Positions 57,233 to 64,000 of a stretch of 64,000 bases of DNA are shown here, one piece after another. The stretch is from the IMG/VR virus record IMGVR_UViG_3300042542_004852. One strand, written 5' to 3'. Under the pieces are notes generated by a model. It had not been told where the DNA came from. It did no database searches and saw only the letters and a list, made by a program, of their open reading frames with translations. The stretch is from a virus. A program made the position numbers and the translations under genes. How positions within the stretch are numbered: position 1 is the first letter of the stretch; each line of letters opens with the position of its first letter.

Positions 57233-57597
57233 TAAAACTCTCCTAAGATTTTAAGGGTTTTTTGGTGCTGTGGATTGTTTGGATCAAGCTGCACAGACTT
57301 GGTTGATAGAGAAAGCATTTTGCCTGTTGCATTAAGGTTATAGCTGCGACACTGCTTGGCAAGAGCCTTCTTTAGTTGTGGCTTTTGCAAGTAAGGGCTA
57401 AGACCAACACGCATAGCTAGAGATTGCATTTCAGCATAATTCATTTCAGCCAAGCGGTCTTCAAACACTTGTGGGTCAGTGGTCTTAAATGGATTCACTT
57501 CTTGCACGCCTAGAATTTTTTCTAGCTTCAAAACCTTTTCCTTGTATTCTTTGCCGTTGATGTGTTCAATGCTATTTAATTCGTTCTGTAGATTCAT
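57232..57597 (-). CDS. Hypothetical protein
   Basis: ORF after the capsid terminator, with TATTAT/TATAAT just before the ATG. Confidence 0.65.
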   Translation of the reverse strand: MNLQNELNSIEHINGKEYKEKVLKLEKILGVQEVNPFKTTDPQVFEDRLAEMNYAEMQSLAMRVGLSPYLQKPQLKKALAKQCRSYNLNATGKMLSLSTKSVQLDPNNPQHQKTLKILGEF

Positions 57598-57631
57598 ATA
57601 TTATAATACAGTTAAACTTTTAAAAGTAAAC

Positions 57632-57661
57632 AAAAAAGGGACTGCCCTTTCGAGCAGTCCC
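57632..57661 (-). terminator. Intrinsic terminator after the major capsid gene
   Basis: Minus strand GGGACTGCTC-gaaa-GGGCAGTCCC-TTTTTT. Confidence 0.9.
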
Positions 57662-57677
57662 TGATTTAAGCAGTGGA

Positions 57678-58790
57678 TTAGACAATCACACCGAGGAGAG
57701 CACGGTTGTCGAGAACCATACGACCTTCTTCGAGAGAACCGAAGTAGCCAATCTTGTTCTGACGGATGCTGTATTGGTCGTCAGCGATGAGAGTGAACTC
57801 AGAACCGCTTTCGCTGTCGATGGCAGTGGCGCGGATGAGAGACTCACGGCCACGGTCAAGACCAACGGCGATTTCTTGAGTAGCTGGGTTGAAGCTACCG
57901 CCATAAACAGTGTCGAAGATGGTGTTGTACTTTTGATTTTCGCCGAACTCATTGATTACCATGAGGGAAACACCATAGAACTCTGGAAGACCAGCGGAGT
58001 TGTATAGAGCCATACGCATTTCATCAGGAGCAGCGATACCGTTTGAGCGGTAGTCGGAACCGCCTAGAGCAGCAGCGCCAGCGCCCTTGGTGTTGATGGG
58101 GTTGTAAGCCATTGAGCGAATAGAGTTTTCCAACTCAGGGCTGATGATGAGATCAGTGATGCCACGGGCATTAGCAGCGCCTTCTGGAGTACCCTTAGAG
58201 AAGGAAGTGTTGATGCGGCGAGCACGGGTGATGAGGTTGTTGAAGTCTTGTAGCAAGAAGCTGCCAGCAGTGGTAGCATCAATGATGTGGGAAAGACCAT
58301 TGGTGCTAGCATTGGCAAGAGCAGTCATAAGAAGGTTTGCGCTGGTGCGCTCCTGCTTAAGAAGGATTTCTTGAGCCATGCGAGTGAAGGTTTTGCTAAC
58401 TACGTCCATGCGGCTTTTGGCTGCATAGCGACGATCAAAGCTGAGAGCAGAGTCGAGAGTGTAGGTAGCAATCTTCATTTCAGAAACAGTCGGAAGGACT
58501 TGGTTCTGTGGAAGACCACCAGCAACGCTTTGGCTGTAAACAGTGATATAGTCCTCGTCGGAAATATCATAGTAAAGGTCAAGCGGGATGGAAGGATTGT
58601 CGTCAGCGTTGAACTGAAGCTGAGTAAATAGATTACTTAGAGTCGGAGCGTTGTTGATGACTTCGGCGAGAACAGGGCCGATGAACTCGGCAAGAGCTAC
58701 TTGAGCTTCGTAAGCGACCTGACGGTTGCGTGAAGCCATAGCCTTGATTAGTTCGATTTGTTCTGGAGTTCTTTTGAGAGAGATTTTCAT
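57678..58790 (-). CDS. Major capsid protein (HK97 fold inferred)
   Basis: 370 aa, strongest codon bias in the window, AAGGAGG SD, follows scaffold and decoration genes, ends at a terminator. Confidence 0.8.
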   Translation of the reverse strand: MKISLKRTPEQIELIKAMASRNRQVAYEAQVALAEFIGPVLAEVINNAPTLSNLFTQLQFNADDNPSIPLDLYYDISDEDYITVYSQSVAGGLPQNQVLPTVSEMKIATYTLDSALSFDRRYAAKSRMDVVSKTFTRMAQEILLKQERTSANLLMTALANASTNGLSHIIDATTAGSFLLQDFNNLITRARRINTSFSKGTPEGAANARGITDLIISPELENSIRSMAYNPINTKGAGAAALGGSDYRSNGIAAPDEMRMALYNSAGLPEFYGVSLMVINEFGENQKYNTIFDTVYGGSFNPATQEIAVGLDRGRESLIRATAIDSESGSEFTLIADDQYSIRQNKIGYFGSLEEGRMVLDNRALLGVIV

Positions 58791-58817
58791 ATTAAATTGT
58801 TTCCTCCTTGGTTAAGA

Positions 58818-59435
58818 TTACATGCGAAGACCGATCACGGCGAAGCCGCCAGCGAATTGATCTGTGGTGGATTGGGAAGTGCGTGAGCCAGTGCCAAGGA
58901 CAAGACCAAGCTTGCCAGCGTCGGAGTGGAGACAGCCAGTGACTTTACCAGCATTAGCAGAAAGCTTGAAGCCGCTGCCAACAGTGAGAGTGCCATCAAT
59001 AGCATTAGCGCCAACAGAGAACATACCGCGAGTGGCAACTGGAACAGCTTGTCCAGGAAGCACGCACATGAGTTCTTCAGCCTTTTGGCGATAGTAAAGA
59101 AGCTTTTCACCGTTTTCGTCAAACTTTGCAGTCTGGCGAAGAGTGATGCCAAGGCAGTTGGTGGTGTCGCCAGAGGCGGCAGGAGTCACCTTGAGGTTGA
59201 CGGATGGGTAGCTGTTAGCGCCAACAAACGGATAGTCGGTTTTGCCGAGGTAGCTGTCGGTAGCGTAGCTTACGGGGTCTAGGTCAAAGTTTCCAGCGGA
59301 AACCTTAACAAAAACACCAGCATCACCACTGCCAACGCCAGTTACGGATTCGTTGACGGCAGCATCTGCTAGTGCGTACAGATTGATGACATCTTGGTCA
59401 TCATATTGACGGAATGGGAGTAGTCTGGTAGCCAT
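58818..59435 (-). CDS. Capsid decoration / cement protein
   Basis: Between scaffold and MCP; LGITL...PGQAVPVATRG beta-tulip-like pattern; same codon bias as the MCP. Confidence 0.65.
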   Translation of the reverse strand: MATRLLPFRQYDDQDVINLYALADAAVNESVTGVGSGDAGVFVKVSAGNFDLDPVSYATDSYLGKTDYPFVGANSYPSVNLKVTPAASGDTTNCLGITLRQTAKFDENGEKLLYYRQKAEELMCVLPGQAVPVATRGMFSVGANAIDGTLTVGSGFKLSANAGKVTGCLHSDAGKLGLVLGTGSRTSQSTTDQFAGGFAVIGLRM

Positions 59436-59449
59436 ATTAGTTAGTTAAA

Positions 59450-60982
59450 TTAGGAAATTAAAATATTTTCGCGAGAAAATGCAGAGGCAAATTTTTCTTT
59501 AAGACTCTTATTTTCTTGGGAAGTTTCTCCGTTGTTATTCGGGATGGTTTTTTCAGCAGAAGCCTTGGCTTTTTCAAGTGCTTCTTCTGCGAGTTCAGCT
59601 TCGGTCTTTGTGGAAGCAGTGGATTGGTTGAGTTCGCTTAGGCGCTTTTCAACTTCAGCAGTGATCTTTGCTTCTGTTTCTTCAGCCAAACGACCAAGGT
59701 GTTCCTTGTTCTTATGCTTAAGCACAACAGAAAGCTTATCTTGATAAGATGCGAAAGCTTCGTCAGAGGCTTCAATAGCTTGAAGCTCAGAAGCGATAAC
59801 TTTACGATCTTCGTCTTCAAGAGAGTAAAGATTGTCAATTTGCTCCATGCGAGCATTAAAGCGAGCCAAGGCTTTTTCAGCTTCTTGAGCGGCTTCAATT
59901 TCTTGGAGCTTGACTTTTGTGTCAGACAAGTCTTTTTGAAGAGTTTCGACAGAAGCCAAGAGTTCTTTGGCTTTGGTTTCGGAAGCTTCTTTCTCAGTTT
60001 TAGCAGAGCGATACTCTTCGTCTTTTTGACGAATTGCATCAGCAAATGTGCTAGTCATACTGGCGATGGCTTCTTCCGAGATTTTCTTCTCTGTGAGAGA
60101 AGCTTTGAGTTCTGAAAGGAATGATTCTAAATCCATAGATTTTTTAATGTTTACATCTTTAAGATTAAATTGGGAAATATTTTTTGTATTCATTGCAAAT
60201 ACTTTTTTATCTCGCGGGTCTTTGAATGATACGTTTTCTTCTGGGGTGATGCCATTATCAAGCAGCAAGCCTTTGACATTAGCGGCTGGATTAGCGGTGA
60301 AACCAATGCCAAGAGGATAAACAGAACCCTTTACCAAGCGATAAATTTTGGAGCCATCTTCCATTTTACCATTGCCACCATAAGCGCGAAGCTTGCCTTT
60401 GAGTTCGTCAATATGCTTTGGGTTCGAAATGATTTCAGCCTCTTTTAAATTTGTGCTTCCAACAGCCAAAACATATTCATTAAATCCAAGCTCCCAACTT
60501 GCAGAAACTGTGTTGAAAAGATTGCTGCTTTCACTGGTTGATTTGTAAATCAAATCAGTAAATTTAGGATCAACAAGCTTATAGATTACTGCGCCCAAAG
60601 CTAGATTAATTAAGCCATTTGTTTCAATAACTTCCTGATTATTTAGGGGAACATTTTCGCCCCAAGAATTGAAACCAGCCGAAACAATATGGCCCACAAT
60701 TTGTTTCTTATTGTGCTCAATGTTTGTTGGTTTGTGGATGAAGTATGGCGCGATTTGAACAGCAGTTTGAGAGTCAATGCCGTCATCGTTGCGATTGAAT
60801 TGGTTCACGACAGCAGCGTCAAAAGCTACTCCCATGAGGTCAATGTTTTTGCCCAAGTCAATGCTTTGACTAGGCAACAGACTCTTAAGATTCTCTAGCG
60901 AAGCTGTGGAAATAAAAGAGTTTTCGCCAATTTTACACTGGCGAATAGAAACATCAAATTCTGTTTTATATTTAAAATCCAT
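59450..60982 (-). CDS. Prohead protease fused to a coiled-coil scaffold
   Basis: NRNDD...NIEH...IVGHI...SASWE...GIGFTANPAA protease-like half followed by an E/K/A-rich coiled coil. Confidence 0.75.
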   Translation of the reverse strand: MDFKYKTEFDVSIRQCKIGENSFISTASLENLKSLLPSQSIDLGKNIDLMGVAFDAAVVNQFNRNDDGIDSQTAVQIAPYFIHKPTNIEHNKKQIVGHIVSAGFNSWGENVPLNNQEVIETNGLINLALGAVIYKLVDPKFTDLIYKSTSESSNLFNTVSASWELGFNEYVLAVGSTNLKEAEIISNPKHIDELKGKLRAYGGNGKMEDGSKIYRLVKGSVYPLGIGFTANPAANVKGLLLDNGITPEENVSFKDPRDKKVFAMNTKNISQFNLKDVNIKKSMDLESFLSELKASLTEKKISEEAIASMTSTFADAIRQKDEEYRSAKTEKEASETKAKELLASVETLQKDLSDTKVKLQEIEAAQEAEKALARFNARMEQIDNLYSLEDEDRKVIASELQAIEASDEAFASYQDKLSVVLKHKNKEHLGRLAEETEAKITAEVEKRLSELNQSTASTKTEAELAEEALEKAKASAEKTIPNNNGETSQENKSLKEKFASAFSRENILIS

Positions 60983-60983
60983 A

Positions 60984-61499
60984 TTATAAATCTACAGTAT
61001 TTCTCCAAGCTTCTTTGGTTTCTTTTAATTCATCTTCTCTTGTTTCGTTTTTTTCGTGCAACTCCCATTTGCGAAGCTGTTCTACAGTGAGAATCCTAAC
61101 AGAATTACTTGAGGTTTTTGGCTTTTCACGATACTCCATCTTGTCGCCTTTTTTGGCGGCAGATTTTGACTCTTCATACTCTTCTTCTTCTTCTTCTTCT
61201 TCTTCCTCTTCCTCTTCCTCTTCCTCTTCACCCTCCTCCTCTTTTTCGATTTCTTCAAGATCGTCTTCTTCATCTTCTGCCATGATCTTTTCTTTCATTT
61301 TGTCGAATGAGACAGCACAAGACATAGCAGCTTCACGATCTGTTTTACCAGAGCTTTCCGACATGCATTTTGCCATAAACTTCCTGTAAGAAGTTTTTTC
61401 TTTATCGCTCATCTTTTTTTCCGCAATTGAGATTTCAATTGTGGAACCATTAATGACAACTGTTTTTTCGAGAGGAATTGGAACTTCGTTAGGACTCAT
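60984..61499 (-). CDS. Acidic hypothetical protein with a poly-Glu tract
   Basis: Between portal and protease; about 20 near-contiguous Glu. Confidence 0.7.
   Translation of the reverse strand: MSPNEVPIPLEKTVVINGSTIEISIAEKKMSDKEKTSYRKFMAKCMSESSGKTDREAAMSCAVSFDKMKEKIMAEDEEDDLEEIEKEEEGEEEEEEEEEEEEEEEEEYEESKSAAKKGDKMEYREKPKTSSNSVRILTVEQLRKWELHEKNETREDELKETKEAWRNTVDL
61179..61241 (-). repeat. (GAR)n trinucleotide repeat encoding poly-Glu
   Basis: (ttc)n / (ttcctc)n tract on the + strand. Confidence 0.9.
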
Positions 61500-63456
61500 T
61501 TGTGCGACTATGATGTAGGATGGCTGCTGAATAAAAATCTAATTTGTGAGATTCGGCGATCTCAGAAACTTCATCGAGAAGCCCTAAAGATTCTATTACA
61601 TTAAAATCTTTTACACATTCAAGAGCTTTATTGCCCCAATCATTTTTTTCATGGGAGCAAATAATCTTTTTGCAAAGCTCTTCAATGGCAGAGTTTTGCT
61701 GCTTGCTTAGTCTCTTAACGCCCAAGTTTTCTTTGGTTTGAGCTTTTACGTTGTTTTCAAAAGCTTCGATTTCGTAAACAATCTCTTGAATGTTTTTGCG
61801 CGAGAAATTGGCTTCTGTAATTGCTCCTTGTGGACGACCAGCAGATTTAGGTGTTTGATTTGTTTCTTGTCCGTTAGCGTCTGCAATAACTGGCACACCG
61901 CCAACAAGCGGGTTGTAGAAGCCTTTCTCACGATCATTAACAAAGCTCTGTTGCGCTGGAGCAATCTCTTCAGCTTGTGGGAATCTACCAGTATTAAACA
62001 CTGTAAGACCTTGCTGCGGAGTGATGACTCCAAGTTCCATGAGTCTAGTGGTAACACGGAGAAGTTGAGTGTTGTCTTTGAAGTCGATTTCTTTGAAGCG
62101 AGCCTCTGGGTAAGAGCGAAAGCCAAGAGCTTTAGAGATTCTTTTGATTTCTGGCTGCAAGAACTCGTTCAAGAAAGCTTGACGGCTCTCTTTGAGACGA
62201 TCAATAAACATGTCAATTTTTGTGGCAATGTTACCATACTTGTCATCGCCAAAGAAAATGTTTTGAAGACCTTGCTCAATGTCTTTATTTAGTGTTTCAT
62301 ATTTGGCTGGTCCAAGAACTTTGTTAAGGTCTGGAATAACGAAATTAGCCTCTGTTGTATAGTCTGAGATGAGCACTCTTCCGACAGATTCGTTTCGGAA
62401 GAGGTCTTGCATGGCTTGGAGATTGTGATGGTTGATTCCTCCTTTATCGGGTGGTGCGCCCATTGTGATAAGTAGAATGACATTCTCAACGGTTCTTGTG
62501 ATTGCTTGGTCCATTTTCTTGAGTTCAAGCTTGGCATTGATGTCTTGAAGAACAGGAAAACCAAAAGGAATAGAGAAAGGCTCATAGTCTTGTTTTTTAT
62601 AAAATGCGAAATGTAGTTTTTCTGGATTGATTTTGATTTTTAAGCCGTTCTTGGCGAAGCCGCCTTTTTGAATATTTTTGCGATCTTCTTCGGGGAAAGA
62701 GTTTAGCAACTCAATGTCTTCTTCGGATTGTGGATTGCGCAATCTTTCCAAATCATATTCAGATAGAACTTTTTCATAACTTGTTGCATTAAAAGTTGTC
62801 ACGCGCTTAGCAACAATATCAAAAGGATTTAAAAGAATATACTTGAGAGGAATCTGGTTTCTAATCTCTGCACCTTCTTCTGCATACATGGTGGAGAGCT
62901 TTTTAAAGTCCTCTAAATCAAACTTACCATCAACTCTGTAGATGAAGATGTTGCCGCTGCGATAGTATTCGCGGAAAAACTGGTCTTTCAAATCCCATAC
63001 GCGAATCTTACGCATCCAGCGATAAAAGAAGTCTTTTGCTTTGTCTGTGCCGCCTTCAAAAAAGATTTCGCCATTGGAAAATTCCGACATCAAATCAATA
63101 GCATTGCGGAAAATAGGAACATTGGCGTAGGCTTTTTGACATAGCTCAATCGCCTCCCGAACATAAACACCGTCGTTAGAAAAGCTATAAGGCAACATGC
63201 CAGCACGAATGCTGCTGTAGCGATCAAAAGTCGGAGCAAGAGCCGCACGATTAACTCTGCTAGAAGTTGCATCTGTTCTGCTTAAACCTTCTCTGGAAGC
63301 TTTTGCAAATTGAACCATAGAAGCATCAGAAGTGTAAAATGGTTCACCAGCCGAAACAGGCTCAGTATTTGCAGTAATTGTTGATTGAAAGTTCGGAAGA
63401 GACTTTTGATTGAACTTTGTCCAATAGTCGGATTTTTTGTTGTAAGAGCGGGCCAT
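61489..63456 (-). CDS. Portal protein
   Basis: Follows the terminase; IFRNAIDLMSEF, FREYYRSGNIFIY, clip/stem-like organisation. Confidence 0.8.
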   Translation of the reverse strand: MARSYNKKSDYWTKFNQKSLPNFQSTITANTEPVSAGEPFYTSDASMVQFAKASREGLSRTDATSSRVNRAALAPTFDRYSSIRAGMLPYSFSNDGVYVREAIELCQKAYANVPIFRNAIDLMSEFSNGEIFFEGGTDKAKDFFYRWMRKIRVWDLKDQFFREYYRSGNIFIYRVDGKFDLEDFKKLSTMYAEEGAEIRNQIPLKYILLNPFDIVAKRVTTFNATSYEKVLSEYDLERLRNPQSEEDIELLNSFPEEDRKNIQKGGFAKNGLKIKINPEKLHFAFYKKQDYEPFSIPFGFPVLQDINAKLELKKMDQAITRTVENVILLITMGAPPDKGGINHHNLQAMQDLFRNESVGRVLISDYTTEANFVIPDLNKVLGPAKYETLNKDIEQGLQNIFFGDDKYGNIATKIDMFIDRLKESRQAFLNEFLQPEIKRISKALGFRSYPEARFKEIDFKDNTQLLRVTTRLMELGVITPQQGLTVFNTGRFPQAEEIAPAQQSFVNDREKGFYNPLVGGVPVIADANGQETNQTPKSAGRPQGAITEANFSRKNIQEIVYEIEAFENNVKAQTKENLGVKRLSKQQNSAIEELCKKIICSHEKNDWGNKALECVKDFNVIESLGLLDEVSEIAESHKLDFYSAAILHHSRTNES

Positions 63457-63504
63457 TAATTTATATTACACGCAAATCTTACAAATCCCACTTTCAAAGT
63501 TACT

Positions 63505-64000
63505 TTAGACAAAAAATGGAGTGAATGTAGCTTCTGTATCTTCTGCTTTAAAATTCATCATGTCAAAGTAGGTTTGAACCATCCAGTTGCCTAGAACCAA
63601 AGAAGAGTAAGAGTCACGACGAGCTTTATCTGCGCCATTTTGCCTCTTTAGGTTTGATGGCAAGTCGAAAGACTGTGTGCCTTGGCTAGTTGTTGAAACT
63701 TGAATAAGAGCACACTCAGCCTTGGTCAAATCAATCATGTCTTTCTGGTGCTCGATAAAATCAATCATTTTTGCGGCTGTATTCTTTTCATCCGCATCTG
63801 CTACTCTCAAGAACCTGATTTGGTCAATGGGAATGCTCTTGCCTCTTTGGCGTTGATAGTCATCATTAACTGCGCTGCAAGCAAACCAAATTCTCTTATG
63901 ATCAAAAGAAGACTGCAATGATTCGTTTGCAAACCGAATCCACTGTGAAGTTGGGCGGCGAAGATGGCATATCTTTTTAGACGATAAGTTGTATTGATTG
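63505..64000 (-). CDS. Terminase large subunit, C-terminal nuclease part (starts beyond the right edge)
   Basis: Frame is open from 63999; RRDSYSSLVLGNW final acidic motif; directly upstream of the portal. Confidence 0.75.
   Translation of the reverse strand, partial: NQYNLSSKKICHLRRPTSQWIRFANESLQSSFDHKRIWFACSAVNDDYQRQRGKSIPIDQIRFLRVADADEKNTAAKMIDFIEHQKDMIDLTKAECALIQVSTTSQGTQSFDLPSNLKRQNGADKARRDSYSSLVLGNWMVQTYFDMMNFKAEDTEATFTPFFV

Noticed and set aside
938-63921. Many short antisense or alternate-frame ORFs in the track (e.g. 15885..16454, 32259..32711, 61738..62292)
   Set aside because: They are shadows of longer recognisable genes, with no motifs or expression signals of their own.
1-64000. 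Stop-codon reassignment, tRNA or other RNA genes, integrase or IS elements
   Set aside because: Genes are intact under code 11 with all three stops used; the gaps are short with no cloverleaf seen by eye (tRNAscan/Infernal not run); no recombinase or transposase motifs.

Overview
This window is 64 kb of a large, AT-rich, tailed dsDNA phage (Caudoviricetes; long tape measure, no sheath gene seen, so probably siphovirus-like), read in the standard bacterial code with dense gene packing. From left to right: (1) a leftward block with a 2OG-Fe(II) oxygenase, glycosyltransferases, Hsp20, SSB, a sigma factor, dNMP kinase and dUTPase; (2) class Ia ribonucleotide reductase; (3) a glycan-modification island (SemiSWEET, methyltransferases, glycosyltransferases, HAD/nucleotidyltransferase, Gmd); (4) a bacterial-type replisome (RecA, DnaB, DnaG, a Cas4/AddB-like nuclease, and a C-family polymerase split into PHP + DEDDh exonuclease + DnaE core); (5) a ClpC-like ATPase, a probable pseudokinase and a SET-domain protein; (6) the virion module (fibres, baseplate, a 2745-aa tape measure, chaperones, an inverted neck/tail-tube block, capsid, decoration, protease/scaffold, portal, terminase). 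The most striking signal is the tape measure protein, which appears to carry an AT-rich enzymatic cargo (a P-loop kinase-like domain plus a PD-(D/E)xK nuclease-like domain) bracketed by repeated A-x-x-G-[FY]-V-P-N-F-A motifs. A second is a recurrent GTGTAA element 8-11 nt upstream of start codons, which together with sigma70-type promoters abutting ATGs points to a largely leaderless expression programme. All family assignments come from motif recognition by eye; no database searches were run.
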